A stretch of DNA of 64,000 bases from positions 11,346,001-11,410,000 of the forward strand of contig NC_081333.1 of the NCBI RefSeq assembly GCF_022539665.2. The letters run 5' to 3'. The stretch comes from Daphnia carinata (lineage: Eukaryota). A program made the translations under genes and the position numbers. The notes under the pieces were generated by a model that saw only the letters and a list, made by a program, of their open reading frames with translations, did not search any database and was not told the origin of the DNA. Shown here piece by piece: positions 15,401-29,700 of the stretch (positions are counted from its first letter, which is position 1; every line of letters starts with the position of its first letter).

Positions 15401-18400
15401 TAAATTTCTTCTTTTCCTGCACCCACACACACTCGCATTTCTTTGAAAAATGGTTCCAACTGGTTGCTCTCTTCGTCCTTCAATAAAATACTTGATAAAG
15501 GGGGGAAAACTAAATTCTTTATATCCTATTTTACTCCGTTCTCTCACATCCCCCCCCCAAAGTGGCTGCGTCCTGTCTTATGCTTCTCATTAGACAATTG
15601 AACGAAATGCAATCATTGCTGGAACAGTGCCAAAGAATTTCAATGGAAAAATAGTTTAGATTTGAAACCGTTTCAATTCAGTTGCGCATAGCACACACGC
15701 AAGGCATTGCGATAGCATTTTTAATGAAGCGTGACACAAGAAGTCAGATTTAAACAAGAAAAAAAAAACTAGAGTATATGAATGTGTTTACATGTAACGT
15801 CTACTATTAGAACTAAACACGATAGCGGAGGAGCTACTAGCGTTCTTCAAAATGATAACAACAAGATGAACGAATGAATAAGACAAAAAAAAAAAAAACA
15901 TGGAGCCACACAGACGTGCACACGCACTGAATGCGAGGGTCATCATCATCGTTCATTAAGGTCGAGTTGCTTAAAGGATCTGGGGCCGACCGAGAGTGGG
16001 GAGGAAGAAAACAAACGACGTAGCTAAACACGCAAATGTCCCAACCGGTTCGGACCTTTTTGGTCCGTGTCGAATGAGGATCTCAGACGACCTTGTCCGC
16101 CAAGAACAAAAAAAAAAAAAACATTTACGGGAAGAACAAATCAAAATTGATCGGGGCGAAGCCCCGGCCAGCGGGGATCAAAAAATATTAATTAGAATTC
16201 GATCAAGAAATATCAGAGCAAAAAAAAAAAAAAAAAAAAAAAATGTACAGTAACCAGCTGACCCCAAGTACAAGAGGGTAAGTTCTTTTTCTTTCTATCA
16301 TAGAACAGCTGGTGGCCGGACTTGTGTTTGCCGGACCCCGCAATTATTATATTAGCGCTCTCTTTCCTTCTCCAGTGAAATACGCACCGTGTGCTGTACC
16401 TGTTGATCATCGTGTTTCTTAGAAAAGGAGGGTTCTTTCTTTCTTTCTTTTTTTTTCGAGTCTAATTTCATTTGAAAGAAGAGACGAAACTAATCAGCAA
16501 GACACGCGCTCTTGCTACGTTATCTACCTGTACGATCCTATAGGCTCTATAGAAACGTATCTAATTGTGCCATCGAATCTTATATCTATAAAAACGGCTC
16601 AAATTTTTCTTCGGCGAATCACTTCTGTCCTTGTTGATGTCTCTGATTTTTTTTTTTTTTAAAGAAAAACAACGGGGTTCCTTTTTTTTTATGTCTCTGA
16701 AACAAAACAGAGGCGACATAGTGTTTCTCTTTCTTGTGGGGGGGATTTGGTGCTTTTACTACCTGGTACCTCCCTTTCTAGGATTTTAACAGAGGGGGCC
16801 AGTTTGAAGAGGGGGGAAAGCGTATCAATAACTTACGATACTGTCGACTGAGGGTTATAATACTTAAAAGAAAAAAACGAGAGACCCAGACAGAAAAATG
16901 ACCCGAGATAGTAAGAAAAGAAAAATACATTGGACACATTTAGAAAGAGAAATTAGTGATTACAATCTTTTTAAAGGATATCTTTTTTTCTTTCTTGTCT
17001 CATTATTTTCTACTCCTCCGCTTTATTTTTGAAAAGCTGCTATGTTTGAACGTCTCATCAAAATAGAAGAGGCAAATTGAAACGAGACGAAGAAAAATCA
17101 CACGAAACCGTAACCGCTGGTGTTTTATACATTTCCCTTCTATTTTGTTTTTTTCTATTCTTCGGGAGTCTTTAACTGTCATGAGACATGACTGAGAATC
17201 GGGAGGGGGGTATAGCTCAGCTGGCCAAAAGAAAAGATCAAGGCCGTCCGCACTGAGTAATCGGCCCCCAACGGATGACAGATGGGCCATCCTCTTCGTG
17301 ATGAAAACAGAGAAAATGATCAACAATCCCTTCTATAGATGTACACGTTAGAGAACGAGTTGTGGCTCCAGCGTCCATTTACATCGCACCACCCCCCAAA
17401 GGTCTTCTCCTCTTCCCAAACATTATCGAAAGACGCACACACGTCCAAAACAATAATCACACACACACACACACAAAAAAATTGAAGTAACAACATCGGA
17501 TGCGATAAGTGTGTGCCTCTTTTTTTTTTACGGGGCAGATTGCACGTGCGGCTCGATATATCCTCCCCCTTCGTCACGGAAGGGAGTATAAAAGCGTATA
17601 CACACACACACACGATTGTGCTATTATCTATCCCCTCGTTGAATGACTTAAACATGAGACTCTACGGTGATGACCACCAATGAAAGAAGTTTTCGAGAGG
17701 AATAATCAAAGCAGGCACGAGCGGATATATTCGGAAGGGTGTGCGGCCCCCATGTTGCGAATAGGACCCTGGGAAATGTAGATTACAAGGATGGAGTGTT
17801 TTGGGTTAGCAGGAGACCCAGAGGAGATAAAAGAAGAAGCTTGAAAAACAAAACAAAATACGAGGTTCTGCGCGTAAGAGAGAGGCAGAAAAAGAGAAGC
17901 CAACTGACACACCGGATATGATGGATGGAAGTGGAAGCCCCCCCCCCCCTTGTTTTTCTTTCTCGACTTCGTTAAGGTGCAAAAATGAGGAAGAACTTGG
18001 ATGCTGTGTAAGGCATCCCAGTTGCTTTTCCAGGTACACGTGAAACGTAACGTCGATGATATTTTCGATTCATAACTTCAGGTAGTCTTTGATAAACAAC
18101 GTTGTGTTTCGCATTACTACCCACCCCTCTCATCCATCCATATGCCACGGCCATTTTTCTTATGCAACGGGCTACTGTAAAGAGGGATTTTGTTTTTTAA
18201 GGACACACTGAACGTGTACGTTATGCAAAATGTATTTTTTTTTTCCTTTTTAGTTATTCAGAGAAGATTTTCCTGTAAAAAAAAATCCCAAGAAGAAAGA
18301 TGGCGGGACGAGCTATTTTCAATAGAAAAAAAAAAGCGAAAAACCCCATTAAGAAAGTTCTTAACTGCTGCCGGCTTTCCAGGACGTAGAACACCGACAA

Positions 18401-20498
18401 TCGCACAGCAGTCTACATGTACGGATGACTGGAAAAGAACGATAGAGCTGGGACATTGAAGGCTCCTTCTTTTCATCTACCTGGGATTTCATTTCATTTT
18501 TCTTCTCGAATGAAAAAAGAAAGAAGAAATCTCTCCCTTGAAATACAAGGTCTTCAGGCAAAAAAAAAAACAAAAAACGAGAGGGGGGTTTTGAACTTCG
18601 AAAATGGAAGGAGAAGCCTCACACGATTGGGAGGTTCATCAACTCTCGTGTACCACACTAGACTTCTTCGTTTCTCAACTTACACGTGTACGTAACGAGA
18701 TGTGCGTGGAAATGTTTTCGTTTTTTTTTTTTAATTTTCAACGTCTATACTTTGTTGGTATCGATTAAATAATTGCCTATCGATCGGCAACAGCAGCCGT
18801 GGCTCGCACGAGTGTCTGATCGTGATGGCTCTTTATTACACGTTACAATCCCGCGTGTGCGTGATGGAAACTGCTCAAAGCCCCTCGTAGGTTCACATGA
18901 TCCAAGGTAACACGTAATTTCAGAGTTAAAAAAAAAGAAAAAGTCACACACAAGAGAGGAAAAATATAAAAGACAAAGTGTGTGTGTGTGCAGGATATGG
19001 AACGAAACACACATACAAAATTGATTGCAAGGCCATACGTATTTTTTTTTCCAGTGCTGTGGCCAAAAAAAAAACGAGTATAACACCTCGCGTAAGATAA
19101 TAATAACAAACTCATTTCCTCACCACACGTTTTTTTTTTTTTTAATATTCCCTGTCGGTTGTGTTTTTTTTTTTTTCCCGCGCTATGCAACAAGAAAAAA
19201 GATTTGTGTATTATGTTTTATTCCCTTCTTCCAAACCACCGAACAAAATTCTTTTTCTCTCTCACAGCTTGAAAAGTGCCACCCTATCAAACCACCTCGG
19301 CGCTTTATGAAGTTCAAGAACACCTTCACCCTCCACCACCCTATCTCTGTATAGCTAGTAGTAGTAGTAGTATATCCCAAAAATATAAAAATAAAAAATT
19401 ATACGTGTATGTAAAGTAATATTTATAAAGAAAAAAGGGAGATAAAAAAGAAAAAGAAAACAGAAAAAAAAAAGAAAAAAAGATAAAACGAAAAAGGGAA
19501 TAGCAAAAGCCTATGGGTTCTGATGAACACCTTTTTTTTTTCGGAGAAAAAAAAAAAAAAAAGAAGAAAGAGGACGGGAGAGATATAGAAAAAACCCGGC
19601 ATGGGGTTGCCTTTTAATAAACCATCGAGCGGTTGTTGGGAGCTTCTACGTTCTCAGTCTCGTCCAACCTTTTTGTTTTCTCAGTTCTCTTCGCCTTTTG
19701 CTATAGACTTTTGAAAATAAGACTGGAGAAAAGTGTCTAAAATTCTACCATTTTTTGTTTGTGGGATCTTCAATAGTGTCACCCCCGTTTGATCACAATT
19801 CAACTGGACCCTTGCAACGGTACCGACTGGAAATCACCTTTTGTTTGTTTTTTTTTTTGGTAAGTCTTTCTTTTTCTCTTTCCTACTTCATTTCTGTTTT
19901 GTGGGTCGATAGTTGCGTATACAGCCATGACTGTACAGAAAAAAAAAAAATGGGGTTCGTCGTTCGTGCGTGACACCTGACTCTATATCTATATGGATTG
20001 TGTACAATTCACCAGCGTTAGCCATTCTAAATTGTTAAGTCACTCGGCGGGGTCAAAACAGAAGAAAAAAAACAAAAAACAGAAAGGCTAGTACAAGCGC
20101 ACCGAACTTTTTTTTTGTGTGTGTGTTCAATATTTGATTTTTTTTGGAAAGACACACAATTCAACAAGGCGGTCGTCAACACCCAAAAACAATGACAAGA
20201 GTTTAGCCCCGATTCTCACAAGCCACACGAAAAAAAAAACGATTGTTTGCCCAGCCTCGCTTCGGAAGTTATAGGCCACTTTTAGCGTTGTTGAAAAACG
20301 ATTTTTAAATATTAGAAAACCCACGTTCAAAGGTTGGGTTTTTGTATATCAAATGTTGGTTTTTCTTACCTTGTCCAAGCAGAGGGCACGGCACTGGGCG
20401 ATGCGGATCGGCGATCCCAAGTCTTGCGGCGCCGCATCGGCCAACAAACAGCAGGCGGCCACCATCACGAACGAAATAAACACGATCGAATTCTGCAT
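4930..20498 (-). CDS. Type-I transmembrane protein (~481 aa), fend (forked end)/anosmin-like: signal peptide, Cys-rich N-terminal domain, FN3-like domain, TM helix. Exons 20498-20370, 12382-12326, 10813-10739, 8986-8762, 5889-4930
   Basis: All five exons are flanked by AG/GT, are multiples of 3 (129, 57, 75, 225, 960 nt) and join in frame: MQNSIVFISFVMVAACCLLADAAPQDLGSPIRIAQCRALCLDK|FVRNDRHETLCQQDPDCFT|CWENCGLLQDNPTVWSRICNQPSVC|FPGCLQACQFF...WRQIIQ|TAEERCFLP...DYLVTWEVDGGGLKGHLYTDATSVTLSLWPDTVYHIQV...TM VGVGAAAGVSLFLLVLATAIGI followed by the RRHRR stop-transfer signal. The family assignment is from recollection of the CRAxC...CWENC pattern. Confidence 0.85.
12453..12480. repeat. (AG)n microsatellite
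   Basis: Perfect AG run. Many further short AG/AC runs and homopolymer tracts occur between 1 and 42500. Confidence 0.9.
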
Positions 20499-20744
20499 CT
20501 TCTTAGCGGCAAAATGACGGGCTGTTTCAGAGCGAATGACGAAGATAAACACTCGACCGACTCGTCCTAGGTGATGAATGCGAGATGAGACGGATCGTCG
20601 AAATGTAAAGTCGATATCCAGGCAGTTTTTGTTCCAAAATAAAAAAAGGGACCAGGGCACAAGAACAGAAACGAGAGGAGAAAAAAGATCGCGGTTTGAT
20701 GTTTTTTTTTTTTTTTTTTACAAAAAAAAAATTGGAGAACGCGC

Positions 20745-20779
20745 ACGACTTTGCTCGACCAAGTCAGCTACTTGACTGA
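20745..20779 (-). promoter_or_regulatory. Inr + DPE core promoter of the fend-like gene
   Basis: Minus-strand TCAGTC (arthropod Inr, A+1 = 20777), with AGTCGT starting exactly at +28 (20750), matching the DPE consensus RGWYV(T). Lies ~280 nt upstream of the ATG. Confidence 0.6.
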
Positions 20780-23700
20780 GCTCTGCTGGGCAACGGAGCC
20801 GGAGTTTTCATGGCGGAGGAGAAAGGGACCGCCCCCAACCGAGCCATTTCTCCTTCAGGGTCCCACTCTTTTTTTTTTTTTTTTTTAACTCGAAGCCCTT
20901 TGCCACCGTATTTTTTTTTTTTTTTTTCTTGCCGACTAAACAACAGCCCCCGCTTCCATTCCGCCTTGTTTTCGTCATTTTCCTCCGCTTTTTTTTTTTT
21001 TTTTTTTTTTTTTTCGTTACGATATCAGACTACACTCTGATGGCACCAGCGCAAAAGTAACTGAATCCACTGCCGCTACGGATGAAGACAAAAAAAAAAA
21101 AAAACTGATCCTTATGTTGTTGTTTTTTCTTTCTTCTTCTTCTTTTTTCCTGTTTGTTAGACAGGGATAAATCCGAAAATGAGGTCTTCTGGAGGTTTCT
21201 TGTTTGTTACCATCGGTGGGACTATGGAAGAATGAGAGTATTATGTCTTACAAGGCCGTCTGTGATTGGCAAACGAAGCGGTAAAAATCGCACGATGTAC
21301 GAGTAGGTAGTCATTCTTCGTCGAAAACGACAAGTAAATTATCTCATCTCGTTGGATCATCGGCTCATTGGCCAAGCAGAATGCGCAAAGTAGACTTTTG
21401 AGCTGCGAGTAGGTCTATTGTGCGTCGAAGAGATTTTGGCCGAAATGAGACAGTGCGATAATAGACGGACCGATTTATTTATTTTTTTTTTTCAGCTTTT
21501 TTTGATGTAAGAAAAATAAAGGACAATAGATGAAGGGGAAGAGAGAGAGTACACGAACAACAAAGGGATATAGTTCTCTTCTTGGCCGTCGTTTTCTTAC
21601 CTCCCTCTGTATATATACATATACCTGCATTCCCCCCCCCCCCCCCTTCTGATCGGGATCTTCTTGCTGATGGCCTTCCCTGCCGTTTCTCGCCCTACAA
21701 CTCTCTGCACCGACTCTCTCTCTTCTTTAAAACATTTATTTTTTTTTTTTTCGCTCTTCTTTCCCATTTGCGTCCAATGGTCAATAGCGCCAGCCGGTCA
21801 ACGACAACCACTCAGACTATCTTTTTTTTGTGTGTGTGTCCGAGGGTAGCTACCTTAAAAAAAAAAGTCCTTTCAAGTAAAAAACTGAAATTGGTTAAAC
21901 CGAAAGAAATGAAGGTGTTTGAAGCAAACCGTGCATAAAAAGGTAGACACAGGTAACAAGAGTACGGAGCCAGTAGAAACGCGCGCGCCCACACAGACAC
22001 ACCGGCGGAACGGTCCCTACCCGCCCACACTGCAATTACAGATAGAAAGCAAAGCAAAATAAAATAAAAATGAAATAAAAATAAAAGGCAAGATGGACTG
22101 TAGTGGTGATCAAACAGATGGTGTCGGGAGCATCAGGTTAGGACAGAAAAAGGGCCGCGCAAACGTCTGTCAGCTACAGTGTCCGTCTGTTTCTGTCTTG
22201 GATAATTATACCTGGAAGATGGAGGAACAAAAAAAAAAAAAAGAAAAAAAGACCAGTTTTGATCCGCCAAATCTTCTGTGGGCAACAGCAGTTCACATCG
22301 AAGACAGTCTCCAAAGATGCAGAGGTGCAATAAAAATTAAAAGCCATCGGAGACATGTCGGTCGCGACAGCCGGCCGACACGCGCTCAATTGTCTTTTAA
22401 CCTGGCCCTATTTTTATTTTTTTTTTGGCCGCCCGTCTCCGACGATTGCTTTATAAAAGTACTTGATGTCGAGACATCACGACGTTGTTTTCTATATTAT
22501 GATGACAGCCCCGCGGTCGCCTTGAAAAAAAAAATATTTCGCTTGATTTTTTTTTAAAAAGACGAAGTGAAATCAAAGTATAGAGACGTTGTATATACCA
22601 AATAAACGCTTTTATTTGATGTTGAATCGCGACTGGCTAGCCAGTTGGAGGGCGTCGATGGCACGAAATGATTGACAATTTTTTAAAAGGCCTAAAAAAG
22701 TATATATAAAACTAGTTTTAAGAATTCGATTCTTTGATCTCTTCTTGTAATAAAATGCTGCGCGCGTGGACATCAGCGAGATACACAATATCGCCCAGAC
22801 TTTTGAAACCGACCCTTTACCTTCCTTCTTGATTTTTTTTTTTTTTCTTTTCGAAAAAATAAAAATAGAAGATCGGGCATTTATTTATTCCAAAATGGGA
22901 AACAAAGTCGATTGAAATTAATGACCTCTCTCAATTCGTTTTCCCTCCCCAACCATTTCCTATTTCTTGTCTTTAACTGCGGAGAATCGAGATATTGCCC
23001 AGGCTGAGGGAGGGCACGAAAAGGCCGGCCAACATCAAAACTAGGAAAAAAGAGGGATAGAAACTAAAGAAAAAAAACTCAAGAGGGTAGTTTTTTTTTT
23101 TTTCTTTTTCTAATGAATAAAAACCCCAGCGGCATCGTCAAATCAACAAGAAAAAGCCAGCAAAGCACAAACGACTAACAAGCTCTTTTCTTTTTTTTTT
23201 TCAACCGGTGGAATTATAACAAGCCGCTAAAGAGTTAGCTGTTGTGTAATGAAGGCAAACAAACATAAGAAATCGAATGCTGTTGTAAAAAAAAAAAAAA
23301 AAAAAATATCGGGGTGGGCGAGAGAGAGAGAGAGAGGAAACGGCCGGAACGCTCCGGAATTCCACTAACGTCTTTAAAACTTTGCGAAAGGAAAAAAAAA
23401 AAACAAAAAAACATGTAAGAATGATGACGCCGTCGATTTACATGCACTCAATAAAAAGTTAAGTGCATTTTTTTTCGAGGGGATTTCCTTCGACTCGTTT
23501 GCAAAACGTAATAAAAAGCTAGTATTCAACGGAGGGGCGCAAGAATGTTTTCATTTTATGATCTCGTTTTCTTCTTCCGACGAAAGGAAAAATTGCGTTT
23601 GGGTGTTCTCCGTTTCTTTAGGGGTTGCTTCTTCTGGGGGAGACTATACTACAAGCTCTAGTTATATCAGGCCATATCCTTCAAGTAAAAGAAAAAAAAA

Positions 23701-26700
23701 GAAAAAAAGCGGGGTCCCAAGAGCTGGTGGTTCATTCCGGAGCAGTACGAATGCTATAAGCACGAAACCCCATTTTCTCGAGCATTTTCGTTTTATATAT
23801 ATATAACAGGGGAGAAAGAAAAAAAAAAAAAAAAAAAAGAGGGTGGGTTTGATTGCAGCCCCGCTTATGTACTGTAAGGGTACCCTTAAAGAAAATTATG
23901 GAACACCAATTTTCGGGGCTCTCTTAGATTTCCGCGCGCTTATTGGGCACGTGCCTTTCTTTTCTTTTTTTTTTTTTCAATCCAACGGTTATGTAGACAG
24001 TGTTCCAGGCTCTCGATCCAGCGATAGGTCTGTACACTATAGGTCTATATATCAATCCACTTTTAGGAGTCGGAGTAAGGGCCATTGTTTTTTGTTCGAA
24101 CAGCATCCGAAAGAGTGGAAGAAAGAAGAAGTTGATAAATCGGAGAGGCAGAAGTAGGCGGATCAAATTAGAAGAAAAAGATAAAGTGTGTATTTCTTCT
24201 TGTGGTTTCTCCGCAATGAAACAAAATCGAAAATCCCCCCTTGAAGAAGAATAAAAAAAAAAAAAAAAAACGAATAGCTCAATCTATCCGGACTAATTAG
24301 GGCGGCTTTTTCTTACTTTGCATATACTTTTGTTTCTTCTCATTGGGTAAAAAGAAAACACATTTTCCCATCGTTCAACTCGTATCACCTGCTTGATACG
24401 TACAGAGCAGATAATGAAGGCTCATCATCAGCTTAAAATGATTGTAGATAATCTGCTTTTTTTTTTTTTTTTTCATTTGATATTCTCTCTCTGGTGGGAG
24501 GGAGGACGGTTCCCAACAGAAAACCCAGATGAAGATCTATTTGCAATCTTTTCTTTTCAGGTATATAGGTTCTCACCTGTATTTATTAATCATTTCTTCT
24601 TTTTTTTTTTTTTTTGCTATAAATCCCTTGTGCGGCGGTACGAAGAAACTCATTAGTTTCTTTTCATTTTCTTCTTGTCTGGCATAAATGTATCGTGCAA
24701 TACCACGTCCAGCTGCTGGATACAACATACGCCGTAGCCTTAATAACTGGTCAATTCCAACCAACTGTTGTTTTCTGACCATCTACCCAGCGCAATAACG
24801 AAGACCGTCCGCTATATGGTATTGCCAAAATTGCACGTACTCATCAACCGTTTGTTATGCACACGAACACACTTTTCAAAAGACATAAGTATATACACTT
24901 TGAAAGCGTATAGAAAACAACACAAACTGAGAGAGCAAAACAGCAGCCCTACAGCGTATGCAAATGATTAGGCCTCATTGTAGAACTGTGTATCGGTACA
25001 TTATGGTAGCAATTTCTTTTTCTCGTACGTCTCCTCTTTTTAAAATATGTCCTCATGCTAATCATAGGGTTGAACATTAACGGTGAGCTTCTATTATTAT
25101 CATTTCTTTCGCGCTGCCCCACAACACGATTCTCCCAATACGGCAAAAGAAGGAGGAGCGCTGGCCGGCTATACGCTCAATATCGTCCGTTGATGAGACT
25201 TGACCTGTGCTTGCAGCAGCTGTTCATCTCTTTCGAATCGGTTATCAAGAGGAAAGAAACCAAAAAGAAAACGCTACGATTTTTTTTTTTTTTTTTCAAT
25301 AGAGTAACGACCCCCAAGCGGCTAATTGAGCCGGAGAAGAAAAAAGAAAGGGGAGATGAGTAGGGGGATCAAGAATTAGACGGTGGACTTAGGTTTTTTT
25401 TTTTTTTTTTTTTTTTTACCATCCTTCTTTTCTTTCTTGAAATCTCATCGCTAGCCTTTTTCTTCTTTTTACGAAGAAAAAAAAAAAAGGAAGATGTTGA
25501 GCCTCATTAAAAAGAAGAATAGAAGGCTGTATGTGTGTATCTACTGTGTGAGACAAATCATCAGCTTCTTCTGTACTCTGGCCCAAAAGAGATCAGCTCA
25601 TCATCACCGGGGCGGCACAGAAAGATAATCAAGAAAACACACGGCCCAAGAGGATTTATTTAGAAACGGCCTCAACCAATTGTGGAGAGTAACCAGCACA
25701 CGCATCATTTCTAAAACCAGCACTCGGATCAAACACATACGCGTAGCAAAGTACTTGAAGCAAATCTTTTTTCCTCCGTACTGTCTTAGTTCTTTGGTTT
25801 GTCTCAATCTAAATACTTCCCAGGATAGGAGAATCTGTCAGATTATCATTCAGAAAATATGAAAAAAAAAAAAAAGGGGGACGAATAATAAAACAAGAGT
25901 AAAAAGAAAACTATGGGAACTCTTGTAAGAGAGAGAGAGAGAGACGTGAAAGACAATATCAGTAGTACACGTCTAACGCTTTAACTAGCGCTTAACAAGC
26001 GAAAGGATTATCGACCTGTACCGTAGACGGCGTTCGGTTGTTAAGAGCTCTCAGAGAGAAGGGGAGCGACACTCGAATCGGATCACACACACAGAGGTGG
26101 AAATAAACAAAAAAAAAAAAATTGAAGGGGGGTAACAGGAACAACAATCTCGGTGCTCCGCTGATGGCTAAACAGCAGCGCAGCTGGCAACAAGAGAGGA
26201 AAAAGCGAGTGCATTAAAAAAAAAGAGAGAGAGACACGTCTACTGCTGCAAAAACAAGCGTCGGTTTACTCACGTGTACATTATGAAGTGTTTATTAAAT
26301 TTTTTAATTTAGCTGTGGAGAGCCTGGGTAACCCAATCCACGGCAAAACACTTGAAACGCGGGTTCGTTTGCGAGGAAGGGGGACAATATAACAAATGAA
26401 ATTTTCAACTGGTTTTTTTTTTGAAAAACAAGTTAGGACGATGACATGTTTGCTGTCTTCTTTGTGCCGCTCTGTAAAAAGAAAAACAAAAAAACATTCA
26501 ATTCCCACACAGGTGAAAGTTAGTTGATCGTGTACACATAGCTGCAAGATACACAGCGGCTTTGCTTGTAACAGCTGAGGGTCCCTTGTTTTTTCTTTTC
26601 GAAAGGACCAAACACAGAGAATGGACGTGGCTGTTCGAACACGTTGAACTTTGGGAGCTTTACTTCAAGCTTTTCCAAGAATAGGATGTCTATTTGTGGC

Positions 26701-29700
26701 TCTGGTGGTACGTGTCCACATCATCAACGCCGCACAAGAAGAGAGGTCATTTATTACTCAGTTTGGTGCGTATCAACGCTTTGAAAGAAAGCCTTGGACG
26801 CTTATCCGAGATGCATGACAGAAAAGAATGGAAATTCCAGTGGCTGATCGGAACAATCGCCGTGAAAAATCTTTCGTTTTCCTTTTTCTTTTAGCCCCCC
26901 ACACCTGCACATTTCAGCATTTCGCCACGGGTGTTCAGCACCTATTTCCGCAGCCGAGTATAACCACTCGTTGCTTCATTGTTGTCAAAGCGGGCCTTCT
27001 AAATATAGGACATTTGCGCTCTAAATGTACATACAACAAGGACACGTTTTCAAAATGAGGATAAAATAGCCCTCCCACCCGTCAGCTCTGTTGTGTAGTT
27101 TAACGTTCGGCCAGCCAGAAGCAGCTACCTATTCCTCGAACTCATGCTGGGCAAAATCAATGACAACTCCCCCCTAAAAAAATCGTACTGAACTGCGCGG
27201 AAGTCAACGGAGCGTGTCAGATGACTTTAAAGCCATTCGGAGGACAATATCCGAAATACATCGATAGGTATAGACAGCTATTTAACGAAAAAGAAAAAAA
27301 GAAAAATCCTGAATGGCAAGCGTCAATGTCCAGTCAGCCAAGCGAAACTGGCAATTCGATTTATGCCTGTCCAGCGACACATATTCCAGTGGCCTAAACA
27401 GCAGCCAGTGGGTTCACCAAGGCGTGAAAAAAAAGGACACTACTTTTTGGTATGGGAGAGGTTTTCTTGTGTCTATTGTCGTTAAAAGATGAACATTCCA
27501 AACGTAAAAGTTGCGTAGCGATAAAAAATGAAGGTATAAAAGAATCGGGTGGGATTGAAGCGCATAGTCGATCGGGCGGAATCAAAGAAGCGGAAGAGAA
27601 GAGACGGGTCAAACGTGGATGAATTGTATAATAATAAAAAAAAAAGAAAAGAAGGGGGACATCCGTACGCATCCGTTTCCATAGCAGCCGGGAGCTTTTG
27701 TACATAAGCTGTAAGGACGAGCGTGCTAAATCCTCCGGGCTGCCGATTTAATGGCGAACCGTTGCGAACCCAACATCAAACTCCAGAGGATAAAAAAAAA
27801 AAAAAGAAAGTCACGTCAGCACGATCGCAACAATGATGATGACTGGCAACAACAAACAAGAGGTCGTGTTCTCCCTCTGCGTCCTATTTATAATGGGCAG
27901 CTGACAGCGTTCATGGGCGGATGACGTCCATCCTTCCTCCACATGTAATTGCGAAAATGACACGGTAGTTTGAAAATCGCGCGCTACCCGAAATCTACAG
28001 CCGTAGCCAACCAAGAAGCAGGACGGATATAATAATACGATTCGTACAATAAAAGGACCTTTTCTTTTTTTTTTTCTTTTTTTTTTTTCTGTCTCTTACG
28101 GAGGCAAGGCGGCACAGCGTTAGGGGGGAGGAAAGATCGAGGGGTTGAATAGGTTGACGTGTTGACGGCGGTCTGTAATGATAGAGATTGAAACGATGGA
28201 TAAAGCATTTCCCGTCTGCTCTTTTTTTTTCTTTTTTTTTTTTTAACCTTCATCAGTAAAAACAGCATGTGTGTGTTGGTGGAGCTGATGGTTACTGGCT
28301 GTTGTACTCTGGCGAGGTCATTACATCAGGTGACACAGCGGAAAAAGGGGACAATCGAATGAGGGAATTAAAGGTGAAAGACTAGACAAGAAAACTCGTC
28401 GACGTGTACATCACAACGTCAAAGTGGGCTCTTGAAAATTATACCAACCGAAAATTACACACTTAACAATAGATTTTCATTTTCTTTTTCTTTTTTTTTT
28501 TCTTCCTGAATTTACCACTAATCTTTGTCGTCTTTCTCCATGTTTTTTGTTTTCTTCTTCCAGGAAACAGAAAATCGGCGGACGTAAACGGCGGAATAAC
28601 AATCCGACAACGATAAGGTAGAAAACCTCAATTTAATTTGCCGCTCTTTATTTATTTATTTTTTTTTTTTATGCACTACTAGTCGAACTAAAATCAGCTA
28701 ATAGAATTGACTGGTTTCGTTTTTATTTTTTAAGGGGTTATTAAATGGTATTTTAGCCGATTGGGATGTGACGGCCGCTTCATTATTGTATTTATTGAGT
28801 CCGTATAGAGACAGAGCGCGCACGAGATGTGAACCTTTCGGCCAATTAAGTGAAGATTTTCCTTTTGCTTTTGTCGATGCACCGGCCAGCGCTAGGTATA
28901 TCCACTTTCCGAGGCCCCGTCTCGGTGATTAACCGATGGCCGGTTTGACCGCGAAACGTTGGGCCCATTACGTCCAGAGGAAATGGTGGGCGGAAAATGC
29001 TTGCGCGTTTTTTTTTTTGGGGGCATTTTTCGTTTTTTCTTATTTACGAGAATCTGATTTTTGTGGTGATTGGGTTAATGAATAATCTAGAGGCCACTTA
29101 ACGAGCTTAAAGCCCCGTAATGAGATTTTTTGTTTTGTCTATAATAGACGGGCAAAAACGTCGACTAATAAGCGAATCGACATGTTGCGTTATCGGCTAA
29201 AAATGACAGCCAACTGTTATTATCTGCTGCTGGTCGCTTGCTTCCGTTTTCTGCTCGCTGGAATTATCATTAGACATACTGGTATGGTGTAGTATGCATT
29301 CGGTAAAGGATGCGCGCCAGTTGGAGCCGGTCTCAAATTTCCAAGGCGCATGGCATCACTTCCTCTTGCCCCGCACCATCGGCCAAAAGAAATACGCACC
29401 ACCTTATTTCGCTTTTCTTTGTTTTATGTTTCCATTTTTTTTTTTGTTTTTTTTGTTTTTTTTTTTTTTTCTTCTATGGTCTCAAGTTTTTATTTGAGTT
29501 TTAACTTTCTTTTGCCCGCCTTTCCGGCTTTCCGCCCTTATAAACGTTTTGTTTCCCCATGTTTCCCAGTGGTCTCCCTCCTTCCGGTGTGAATGGCGGC
29601 TTGTCCATCGACACGGACGATTGGGTCCGGACACAGAGAAAAACCCACAATCAATTACAGATCTGTACTGAAGGCTGTATAGCGGACCTATATAGGATAT

